A stretch of 64,000 nt of DNA. It comes from Octopus vulgaris (lineage: Eukaryota). Position 1 is the stretch's first letter. Each line of letters starts with the position of its first letter. A program made the position numbers and the translations under genes. The stretch is taken from NCBI GenBank assembly GCA_951406725.2, contig OX597826.1:11036001-11100000 (forward strand), written 5' to 3'. Positions 12,335-23,400 of this stretch are shown piece by piece. A model generated the notes under the pieces. The model was given only the letters and a program-made list of their open reading frames with translations. It did not search any database and had not been told where the DNA came from.

Positions 12335-13127
12335 ACTTTATTAATATCTACTTAATTCTGTGTGTGTGAGCCTATGTGCTCCAAGCTACATGTGTGTGTG
12401 CTTGTATGTGCATTTGTATGAGTGAGTGTACATGTGCCAGACCATGTATGTGTGGCATTTATACATCCATATCTACTGATGGTTATATCTAATATTTTGA
12501 GATCATCATCATCATCATCATCGTTTAACGTCCTCTTTCCATGGTAGCATGGATTGGACGATTTGACTGAGGCCTGGCAAACCAGATGGCTGCATCAGAC
12601 TCTAATCTAATCTGGCAGTGTTTCTACAGCTGGATGCCCTTCCTAACGCCAACCACTCCGAGAGTGTAGTGGGTGCTTTTGCATGTACGAGGGCCAGTCA
12701 GGCGGTACTGGCAACGGCGACGCTAAAATGGTGCTTTTTATGTGCCACCTGAACAGGAGCCAGTCCAGCGGCACTTGCAATGACCTTGTTCGATTGTTTT
12801 TTCACGTGCCACCAGCACAAGTGCCAGTAAGGCGACGCAGGTAACGATCAAATAGTGCTTTTTATGTGCCACCAGCACAGAGGCCAGCTTGTTGCTCTGG
12901 CAATGATCACGCTCGTATGGTACTCTTAGCACTCCACTAGCACGGATGCCAGTCATCAAATTTGATTTCGATTTGTGATGTATTGTGTATTTGTTTCTTT
13001 TTGGATCTGATATTTGTTATAGATCTTCTATAAGTATGAAGCTATATACCTTAATTTGCCACTTATATATATGAGGATCAAGAAGAAGTCTTGTAAAACA
13101 GTTTATTTTAATGAGTTACCTGTTGAA

Positions 13128-13222
13128 ATCACCTGAGGAAACACATCTACACCGATGGATATATCTAAACCAGAAATTCAGTATCCCACCTGCAAGGGAT
13201 AAGTTGAAACAATTGTAGTGAT
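13128..13222 (+). ncRNA. Type-I hammerhead ribozyme motif, intact core, sense within elovl4 intron
   Basis: Stem I ATCAC/GTGAT; CTGAGGA 13133-13139; stem II AAC/GTT enclosing two hairpins; GAAA 13206-13209; palindromic stem III ACAATTGT; GUA cleavage triplet. Confidence 0.65.
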
Positions 13223-13617
13223 CTATAAAGATTCTCATATCTTCCATATTCCATCTCTCTCATTAATGTGACACACACACACACAGAGGCTTCTTTCAGT
13301 TTCTGTCTACCACATCTACTCACAAGTCATTGGTCAGCCTGAAGCTATATGGTAGAAGACACTTGCCCAAGGTGCCATGCAGTGGGATGAACCTGGAACC
13401 ATGTGGATTAACTTAAATGGTGGTTTTAGAGTCAGATCATGGCTGCTATTTTCAGCAAGGTGGTATCTCGTAGATACCCTAATTTATAATTTTAATAATT
13501 ATTACCTTCTTACCACACAGCCACATTTGTGCCTAGTGAAATATGTTTTTGATTTATCTATATTTTAACTCTTTCATCTTTCCTAATCTTAATTACTTTT
13601 TAATCTATCTTTTGCAG

Positions 13618-13770
13618 GTACAGTTTGTTGTTGGTATGATCCATGCTTCCCAGTCTCTCCTTTTAAGCTGTAATTTTCCTGTCTGGATGCACTGGGCACT
13701 TATCTTCTACGGGATGTCTTTGTTGCTATTGTTTCTTAACTTCTATTATAAATCTTACATTCTTAAAAAG
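13618..13770 (+). CDS. elovl4: ELOVL4-like exon (VQFVVGMIHASQSLLLSCNFPVWMHWALIFYGMSLLLLFLNFYYKSYILKK)
   Basis: ttttgcAG acceptor, AAG|GTAACC donor, 153 nt phase 0; CxFPxWMHWALI and LFLNFY motifs. Confidence 0.95.
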
Positions 13771-13939
13771 GTAACCTACAAAATTTATTTTGCTGCAGTT
13801 TTCTTTTTAAAAAAGCAATGTATTGTATTATTCAATATTGTTGTTGATGTTGTTTTAGCTCCATGTGATCCCTGTTTCAAAAATACATGTAGTGTATACA
13901 TGTAGTTGGTCCAATGACTATATCCTATCCACCAATCTA

Positions 13940-14193
13940 TTCTTTTACTCTTTTACGTGTTTCAGTCATTTCACTGTGGCCATGCTGGAGCACCCCCTTT
14001 AGTTGAGCAAATCGACCCCAGGACTTATTCTTTGTAAGCCTAGTATTCTATTGGTTTCTTTGCCGAACCGCTAAGTTACAGGGACGTAAACATACCAGCA
14101 TGAGTTGTCAAGTGATGTTGGGGGCAGTGGGACTGAACCCAGATCCATGTGGTTGGTAAGCAAGCTACTTACCACACAGCCACTCCTGCGCCT
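13940..14193 (-). mobile_element. SINE family A, internally deleted
   Basis: Tail and head present, middle missing. Confidence 0.8.
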
Positions 14194-15033
14194 ATTGTTC
14201 AGATATTTCATGTCCCTTAGCCTGGTAGGGGGCTGTATTATGCACTTTTACTTGTGGCAGATTATCATATGAAGTATGACAGTCTGTTTGTCTACGCCAA
14301 AGCTTTTTCAAAGGGTTCATATCGCTCTTGGGGGCCCATATGAAATCTATGTAAAAGTTTGTTGTTAAAATTTAGGTGCAATAAATATCTTATAGTTCTA
14401 TAATAGACAAAATATTTTATTATATTATTTGTGAAGGTGCATAATTTAGTGGTAAGGGTATTTGGCTCACAATCAGAAGGTTGTGAGTTCAATTCCCATT
14501 TTCTGCTGCAGTACCTTTGCAATTATGTCTGCAAGGGGTAGCTGAACACACCATTTAAACTGGTGTGTACAACCTGTTACTCCCACCCCACCCCAATATC
14601 TTTTAATGCCCAAAGTAAAAATATTTGTCATCACCAGCCGTTTAACTTTCAGCATGCTTCAGAGTCAATTTGTAACCCTCCAAATATCTTATTAAAAATT
14701 CAAAAAAGAAAAACTTATTGGTCACTTACTGTTTCTTCTGTTTATAACGATTTGGGATTATTCAGCTGCTTGTGAGTACCTACTTGTGTATAGCTTTGTA
14801 CTCTTATACTTTGAAAGTACAGTCTTGTCTATCCTGTATGACAACACTGCACAACACTTGTGTATGCTTACAGTTGCTGAATTGTCACAAGTCAGTAGAA
14901 GTGGTTGAAACGGAAATTGAACTGTAAATCAAAAGTCTTCCTTCATTATTGTAGTGTACCTTCAACGAAAAATTACCTTGAAATGTTTAGTAGTGCAGCC
15001 TATCTTATGACGAGCCATACCTAATGTGGTTGT

Positions 15034-15344
15034 GGAGGTGCAATGGCCCAGTGGTTAGGGCAGCAGACTCGCGGTTGGAGGATCGCGGTTTCGATTCCCA
15101 GACCGGGCGTTGTGTGTGTCTATTGAGCGAAAACACCTAAAAACTCCACGATGCTCTGGCAGGGGGTGGTGGCGACCCCTGTTGTACTCTTTCGTCCCAA
15201 TTTTTTCTCACTCTTTCTTCCTGCTTCTTAAGTAACGCTGCGATGGACTGGCGTCCCGTCCAGCTGGGGGAAACACATACGCCACAGAAACTGGGAAACC
15301 GGGCCCATGAGCCTGGCTAGGCTTGAAAAGGGCGCATAAAGAAA
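15034..15344 (+). mobile_element. tRNA-derived SINE (C1 head, tail i)
   Basis: TGGCCCAGTGG A-box, GTTTCGATTCC B-box; 12-bp TSD ATACCTAATGTG (15017-15028 / 15345-15356). Confidence 0.9.
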
Positions 15345-16292
15345 ATACCTAATGTGATCCACTGCTCGAAAGAAGGTCGTCCATGGCTGATAAAAATCTT
15401 GAGAAATAGTAGAAAGTGGTGGTGTGGGGGATGGGGGAGTAGGATATAAATGTAAGGGAGGTAACTCTCAAATATTGTGAGTTAAAACCGTCGCCGTGAT
15501 ATTGCAAGTTCAAATAGCTGCTTTTATTCTTTTGTATTCTTGATTTCTGTGACACACAGCATGCCAAGCAATATGGCTTACCATTTTAATCCGGATTGGA
15601 ATAAGGCATAAATTTCGGTTGGATGGAAAAGATATATTTAAAATTTTAAAGCGAAAATCAGCCTAATTTCTATTCAACCTGGAGTCAAACTGTTAAAGGG
15701 AGTTTTATCGTTTTGAAGTAGTGAATGTTATCTTCTGTCTAGTTTCACCTTAGTCCATTTAGTCCTTAGGTGGCATTAATGGTGGGGCACAGTTTGTCGT
15801 GAGAATTTGGACCCGGTCTTGAGATTGCGAATGGGTGCTGCAGTTCCTTCTTTTTTGACAATATAGTAGTAGTAGTAGTAGTAGTAGTAGTAATAATAAA
15901 GTTTTAATGTTTGGCCCAGGGTTAGCAATTTTAGAGAGAATGCATAACTGGTACTTATTTAATTGACTCCTAAAGGATGAAAGGCAAAGTCGACCTCGGC
16001 GGAATTTGAACTCAGAACGTAACAGCAGACGAAATACTGCAAAGCATTTCACCTGGCGTGCTAACATTTCTGCCAGCATGCCGTCTTTCACAGTCAGGCT
16101 GTTCTGCTGATCGAATCAGCTGGAACACTCATTGTCATAAGTGTTGGAATATCAGTAATATCTACTGGGCCCTGTGTTAAACCCTTCACTTCTACCGAGC
16201 TCTGTTACTGACAGCCATTTGGCTTTCTTCTGTTTCTGTAGTTTACTACTTTTTTTTGTGATTCTAAACTTTCTCTTTTGTTTTCTTTTCAG

Positions 16293-16433
16293 AAAAATAG
16301 AAAGAAGAATGCTTCCTCTAATTCTAAAAAATCTTTACCGAAGGAAACCAATAACTCGAAGAAAGCTGATAATAAACACATTTCGAAAGACTCTGTTGCA
16401 TCTCGCCGTAAAACGCATGCAAAAAATCATTAA
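16293..16433 (+). CDS. elovl4: ELOVL4-like terminal coding exon (KNRKKNASSNSKKSLPKETNNSKKADNKHISKDSVASRRKTHAKNH*)
   Basis: Long polypyrimidine tract + ttttcAG at 16291-16292, phase 0 open to TAA 16431-16433; basic hydrophilic tail with Lys at -3 as expected for an ER-retrieval tail. Confidence 0.8.
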   Translation, partial: KNRKKNASSNSKKSLPKETNNSKKADNKHISKDSVASRRKTHAKNH

Positions 16434-17604
16434 CAAATTCCATATCTTAAGTTGTGTGTTCTCTTTCCCTCTGTTGCCAGTTGTAAAAAATTTTATATAT
16501 ATATTTTTTAATTTCAGTTAAAATTTTGTTTATTTTTGTTATGTTTGTTTAGTTTCTATAGTTGTTTTTGATGATGCATCCTTCATCTCCATCTATTGAT
16601 GATATTAATTGCCTATTTGGTGTATTCTTCAATGGTATCACAACTGCTATTAAAAAATACTATTAGATAAAGTGAACTGCTGTTAATGGTGGCCTTAAAT
16701 GACAGTTATACGTTCTTGTCTCAAAATCTATCGAAACCACAGCGCCAGATGTTCAAGATGTTGACTGAAACATTTGATATTCACCTTGTCTTCAAGATGC
16801 ATTCCAGATGTTCAGTGACTTTCACTGACTCCAAGCTGTCAACCCTTATTCTACATTGACTGTTGAAGCATATGTGAATATACGAAATATCTACATCAAA
16901 GCTTCAAGAATCCACAAGTTTTTTTTAATGTAGATGACAATTGAAGAAGTATATTCTGAGCATTTACATTTTTTTTATGTGTGTGTCACACTTTTGAATA
17001 TTTTCATTGTAGTTCAAATGTTAATATACTTACCTTTGCCAAACTTCTTGTTATTCAAACAATTCATTGATGTTTCCATTATGCAGTCATTTAATTTTTT
17101 TCAATAGCACATGTAAATTTACAAAGTATAATTCAATTTTTCTTGAGTGCATACAACCAAGGTGGACTCAAATATACCTACAGTTTTTGAAGATGGCTTT
17201 TTTGTGTTTATAGCATCTTCCCCTTATTGTAGACTGTTCTTGTTGTTTGTTATATAGAAGTGGGGCTGGGGTCAGTTAGAATTTCCCACATTAGGTGGCT
17301 AGATAGTTTTACTGAAGCTAGGCTAGTGAAAACGACCCCGCTGCCTTCTCTGTGCGTGCAGCCGAAGGATATTCTGTACCACTGTTACATGTCCAGTGAT
17401 ATAACATGTGGTCCGTTCCGTTACTGCGGTCATCCATGACCGCTGGACCGGAGATAATTATTCCTTTTGCAATTATTTCTCCTTTTGTGATTGCAGTATA
17501 ATTGAAATGATATATCTATATCAAGCTGATGGAATTTTCTGTTTTACTTTGGAAATAGATACCATTTTCCCTCAATTCTGCTCATTCATCAACTCTGCAT
17601 TATA

Positions 17605-17610
17605 AATAAA
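17605..17610 (+). terminator. Candidate polyadenylation signal of elovl4 (second candidate 17799-17804)
   Basis: AATAAA about 1.17 kb after the stop, at the end of a SINE-free putative 3' UTR. Confidence 0.4.
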
Positions 17611-18113
17611 AATTAATTAATGATCTAAATATTTTGTATGTCAAACATTTAATTAATTCCATTGTTTTAAGTTCATTGAGTTCCATCTCATTTCCGAAGT
17701 TGTATCTATTTGACAAAGAAGTTCTTGACACGACAATAAGGGTAGATCTTTCGAACAAAACCTCTTCACAAAGCTGTACTAAACAATTTCAACAAATTAA
17801 TAAAATTAGTTACAAATTTTAAAATCATTGGATTTTTTTCTTTTGAGAAAAAAACATTTCAATTTTCTTCCACTTGACTGCAATCTGTCTCTGCATCTCA
17901 TTCTCTCTTTGTCTTTACCATCATCTATCTGTTAATTAGTGTCAACATAATTGATGTAGTGAGCAATGAAAAGCTAATTACAATTATGCAATAATGAAAA
18001 GACAACATGATGAACTCACTGACTGATATTTTAATTATTTTGGCAATTATGGGAGACAACCGAGTCATTTCTTTTTGATTCATGCTTTAAAATAGGCTAA
18101 TTTCCATACTTAG

Positions 18114-18375
18114 TGGAGGCGCATGGCTTAGTGGTTAGGGTGTCAGCATCATGATTGTAAGATTGTGGTTTCGATTCCTGGACCAGGTGACACATTGTGT
18201 TCTTGAGCAAAAAACTTCATTTCACGTTGCTCCAGTCCACTCAGCTGGCAAAAATGAGTAATGCTACGATGGACTGGTGTCCTGTCCAGCTGGGGAACAC
18301 ATATGCCATAGAAACTGGGAAACTGGGCCCATGAGCCTGGCTAGGCTTTAAAAGGGTGCATTCATTCATTCATTC
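18114..18375 (+). mobile_element. tRNA-derived SINE (C2 head, tail i); second copy 61984-62240
   Basis: 15-bp TSD AATTTCCATACTTAG (18099-18113 / 18376-18390), (CATT)n tail. Confidence 0.92.
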
Positions 18376-18798
18376 AATTTCCATACTTAGATTATATACA
18401 TTGTTTACGCCCTCCTCAACTGATAAATCCTCCCGTCCTGTCTTATTTTTTTCTTTCTACAATAAATCTTACTCTGTCTGTCTGTCTGTCTCTGTCTCCC
18501 TCCTCCCCCTCTCTTTCTCTCTCCTTTCATGCATTTTGGTAAAGGGGAAAAATATTTTTGTCCTTTGTATTTTGAAGGACATGGTTTGAAACTGAGAAAT
18601 TCTTCTTCAGTGGCATAGGAATTAGAAAAAGGAAAATGGCTGTGTGGCTAAGAACATCACATTCTAACCACATGGTTTCAGGTTCAGTCTCACTACATGC
18701 TACCTTGGGCAAGTGTTTTCTATAGCCTCAGACTGATGAACTTGGTAGACAAAAACTACGTAGAGGCTTGTCATATATATAAATATATATACATACAT

Positions 18799-19210
18799 AG
18801 GCGCAGGAGTGGCTGTGTGGTAAGTAGCTTGCTAACCAGCCACATGGTTCCGGGTTCAGTCCCACTGCGTGGCATCTTGGGCAAGTGTCTTCTGCTATAG
18901 CCCCGGGCCGACCAATGCCTTGTGAGTGGATTTGGTAGACGGAAACTGAAAGAAGCCCGTCGTATATATGTATATATATATATATGTGTGTTTGTGTGTC
19001 TGTGTTTGTCTCCCTAGCATTGCTTGACAACCGATGCTGGTGTGTTTACGTCCCCGTTACTTAGCGGTTCGGCAAAAAGAGACCGATAGAATAAGTACTG
19101 GGCTTACAAAGAATAAGTCCCGGGGTCGATTTGCTCGACTAAAGGCGGTGCTCCAGCATGGCTGCAGTCAAATGACTGAAACAAATAAAAGAGTAAAAAG
19201 AGTAAAGAGT
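18799..19210 (+). mobile_element. SINE family A, full length, nested in the TA tract of an older copy (from ~18635)
   Basis: Complete head, body and tail. Confidence 0.9.
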
Positions 19211-19249
19211 ATACACATATGCATATATAGATATACATACACATAGATA

Positions 19250-19525
19250 TCACCGTGACCGACCAGGCTATCAGATGTTGCTACACATCGCTAGTCACAA
19301 TGCGCTTTGCATTGTTCTAACCTTTAGCGAGTAGGCCAACAGAAGAAAGAGTGAGAAAAAGTTGTCGAAAGAGTACAGCAGGGATTGCCACCACCCCCTG
19401 CCGGAGCCTCATGGAGCTTTAGGTGTTTTCGCTCAATAAACACTCACAACGCCCGGTCTGGGAATCAAAACCACAATCCTACAACCACGAGTCTGCTGCT
19501 CTAACCACTGGGCCATTGCACCTCC
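19250..19525 (-). mobile_element. tRNA-derived SINE (C1 head, tail ii); second copy 36876-37151 (+)
   Basis: Shared head with 15034 copy; tail ...GATAGCCTGGTCGGTCACGGTGA. Confidence 0.85.
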
Positions 19526-20391
19526 ACTCACATATATATATATTCATATACATATAAATTCATACACACGTGTGTGTATATGTATGGTGATTGCTCTATC
19601 TTCACAGATGACTGCATCTCCTTGTGCTCCCTTATTGTCAATAGCATTTCTGACTTTCCATCCATGACCTCTCAGATGACAATTGAGTCCCATTACAGAT
19701 TTGTATGGCTTGAAGCATTGGTGACAGACAAAAGTTACAACTTGTTGTGCACTTCCAACTGACTTCCGTCAGCACACATCACCACTCTTTCATTACCACA
19801 GGACTTTCAGTAGATGGAATGACAAACGAGGTCATCATAAAGAGACATCCATATTCCATTGGTTTATGAGTGCTACTCTGAGTAACCGTAATTAGTACCT
19901 AGTGCTAAGCTGAAGTAAGATGACTAGTAATTATGTGAAACCATAGGTTTTTTTTACATTAGAGTATCCTTCTCTTAGAAGGATTCTATGACAACAGCTA
20001 GGGATCCCTGACTTCTAATGGCTTTACTTTTCGTCCTGACATCAACCTAAGGATTTTCTGTATCCCTAATTGATCTCACTTCTTATTTTTATAAGTCTTT
20101 CTGTTTGTTTGTCTCCACCCTTCACTTGGCAATGGGTGTTAGTTTGTTTACATTCCATCATGTAGCAGTTCAGCAAAAGAGACTACTAGGGGTCAATTTC
20201 TTCTACTAAACCCTTCGAGGCACTGGGTGCTCCAGCATGGTCACAGACTAAAACAAGTAAGAAATAAAAGATTACAATAAAACAATTATTTTGCTGATAC
20301 TGGTGACAATCTAAATCTCTCTGGATACTGTAATTTTTACTTATAGAATGATTGTTTCATCAATGCTTTTTCAGCAAGTACGGGAAGTAGT

Positions 20392-20432
20392 TTTCACTGA
20401 GGAGGTATAATAATATCGAAGCATGTCTGGAA
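20392..20432 (+). ncRNA. Minimal type-I hammerhead motif with one core change (GAAG)
   Basis: TTTCA-CTGAGGA-GGTAT-AATA-ATATC-GAAG-CATG-TC-TGGAA. Confidence 0.5.
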
Positions 20433-20474
20433 TTGTCTCTCCTTGTGAAAAGATTAAAATATCAGTTACTAAAC

Positions 20475-23400
20475 TCTCTTTTCCTCGTCACGTAATTATT
20501 TTTAGGCAGGTTTTTTAATGTTTATTTAATTAGATATGTTAACTCTATCTAAATTTGCTTTCTCATCTTGTTGTTTGTTCCTTCTCAAGCCACGCCTGAC
20601 GCATAAGGGCCGGTTTCCCGGTTTCCTTGGTGTATAGGTTCCCCACATGGACCGGACACCTGTCTGTCGCAGGTAAGATGCAAGAGGAAAGAGCGAGAGA
20701 AAGTTGTGGTGAAAGAGTCAGAAGTTCGCCATTACCTTCTGTCGGTGCCGCGTGGAGCTCAGGTGTTTTGCACATAAACTCACACATCACTCAGTGTGAG
20801 TTTCGAACCCGCGATCCTGCGACCGCGAGTCTGCTGCTCTAACCACTAGGCTATGTGCCTCCACGCTTTCTCATCTTAGTAATTCATATTCTAAAAATGT
20901 TTCTCTATATACGCATATGTGGGTGTGTAGTAAAAAGCTTGCTTCTCAACCACAAGGTTTTGTGTTCAGTCCTATTGCATGACACCATGGGCAAGTGTCT
21001 TCTGCTGTGGCCCCAAGCCAATCAAATCTTGGTGAGTGGATTTGGTAGATAGAGACTGAAAGAGTGTGTGTGTGTGTGTTCCGCCACCAGTTGGCAAGTG
21101 GTGTTGGTTTGTTTACATTCCTGTAAATTAGCAGTTTGGCATAAGAAACCACCACAATAAGTACCAGGCTAAAAAAAAAAAAAAACGAAAAACAAACGAG
21201 TTCTGTGGTCAGTCTGTTTGGTTAGACCTTTGAAAGCAGTGTCCCAGCATGGCTACAGACCAATGATTGAAACCCCACTCTTAGTAGGAAAACCCAGAGA
21301 AATTTTTTCTATTCTTTAGTCATCAGGGGAAGATGCAGACCCTAATGTCCTTTCTAAAATCTCATGTTTAGGTCAGCTGCGAATGGATTTCAAGCCGTAA
21401 CTACCTCATCTCTTATTCTTATTTCTTTACTGCCCACAAGGGGCTAAACGCAGAGGGAACAAGCAAGGACAGACAAAGGGATTATATCGACCCCAGTGCG
21501 TAACTGGTACTTATTTAATCGACCCCGAAAGGATGAAAGGCAAAGTCGACCTCGACGGAATTTGAACTCAGAACGTAACGGCAAATGAGATACCTATTTC
21601 TTTACTACCCACAAGGGGCTAAACACAGAGAGGACAAACGGATTAAGTCGATTATATCGACCCCAGGTGCGTAACTGGTACTTATTTAATCGACCCCGAA
21701 AGGATGAAAGGCAAAAAAGACGAAATACGGCTACGCATTTCGTCCGGCGTGCTAACGTTTCTGCCAGCTCGCCGCCTATTCAGCTCGCCTCATCTCTTAT
21801 TCTGGTTTATATTACGGTGTCTTTTCCTCACGGCATAACAATAATTTTTAATTAACATTTTGATGTTCACTGTATTTCGACGGAGATCGTTCTGATGTTC
21901 TATCGGGGTTAATCTAACGATTAATACCATGGTAACAGTTTTTAAAAGTGTGCTTAAGAATCATTGCTCCCTTGGTTTGAAGGAAACTTTACTACCTGGC
22001 AAGTCGACTAATCACATTCGAATTCTCTCTATTTTTGGTAGTGATAGTTGATGCAGAGGATGTTCGAGCCTAAGAATGTCCGGAGGAAACTAAACTCCGG
22101 ACGACAGTATTAAGTATTTAAGGCGGCGAGCTGGCAGAACCGTTAGCACGCTGGGCGAAATGATCGCAGCCGTATTTCGTCTATCTTTACGTTCTGAGTT
22201 CAAATTCCGCCGAGGTCGACTTTTCTTTTCATCCTTTCGGGGTCGATAAATCAAGTACCAGTTACGTACTGGGGTTGATGTAATTGACTTAATCCCTTTG
22301 TCTGTCCTTGTTTGTCCCCTCTGTGTTTAGCCCCTTGTGGGCAATAAAGAAATTAGTATTAAGTTTTTTAAAAGAAAAAAAAAAGAACTAAGGGACATAA
22401 CTTGTTGTATAATAAGTGAAACTATATCGTGGCACGTTGAATTGCAAGAGATGAAAGGAGACGGTGTACAGCTTGCATTTGAGAGGAGCTGTTGTCGTTT
22501 AGCACCGGATCTCATCTGACCGTGAAAACTCTTTTCCTCGTCACGTAATTATTTTTAGGCAGGTTTTTTAATGTTTATTTAATTAGATATGTTAACTCTA
22601 TCTAAATTTGCTTTCTCATCTTGTTGTTTGTTCCTTCTCAAGCCACGCCTGGCTCATAAGGGCCGGTTTCCCGGTTTCCTTGGTGTATAGGTTCCCCACA
22701 TGGACCGGACACCTGTCTGTCGCAGGTAAGATGCAAGAGGAAAGAGCGAGAGAAAGTTGTGGTGAAAGAGTCAGAAGTTCGCCATTACCTTCTGTCGGTG
22801 CCGCGTGGAGCTCAGGTGTTTTGCACATAAACTCACACATCACTCAGTGTGAGTTTCGAACCCTTCGATCCTGCGACCGCGAGTCTGCTGCTCTAACCAC
22901 TAGGCTATGTGCCTCCACGCTTTCTCATCTTAGTAATTCATATTCTAAAAATGTTTCTCTATATACGCATATGTGGGTGTGTAGTAAAAAACTTGCTTCT
23001 CAACCACAAGGTTTTGGGTTCAGTCCTATTGCATGACACCATGGGCAAGTGTCTTCTGCTGTGGCCCCAAGCCAATCAAATCTTGGTGAGTGGATTTGGT
23101 AGATAGAGACTGAAAGAGTGTGTGTGTGTGTGTTCCGCCACCAGTTGGCAAGTGGTGTTGGTTTGTTTACATTCCTGTAAATTAGCAGTTTGGCATAAGA
23201 AACCACCACAATAAGTACCAGGCTAAAAAAAAAAAAAAAAACGAAAAACAAACGAGTTCTGTGGTCAGTCTGTTTGGTTAGACCTTGAAAGCAGTGTCCC
23301 AGCATGGCTACAGACCAATGATTGAAACCCCACTCTTAGTAGGAAAACCCAGAGAAATTTTTTCTATTCTTTAGTCATCAGGGGAAGATGCAGACCCTAA

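Noticed and set aside
15034-15110. tRNA-like sequences at SINE heads
   Set aside because: No closed acceptor stem; they continue into SINE bodies with TSDs, so not tRNA genes
16174-16521. 115-aa ORF overlapping the last elovl4 exon
   Set aside because: Different frame from the phase-0 splice; its N-terminal half is the intron polypyrimidine tract
16852-16900. CTGTTGA-A-GCATAT-GTGA-ATATAC-GAAATATC resembling the U6 hammerhead variant
   Set aside because: Stem I cannot form and stem II is mismatched; probably chance
17268-17339. Possible type-III hammerhead (CTGAAGC...GAAAAC) in the 3' UTR
   Set aside because: A9 is C, no convincing stem II, and the stem I/III registers conflict; kept only as a structured element
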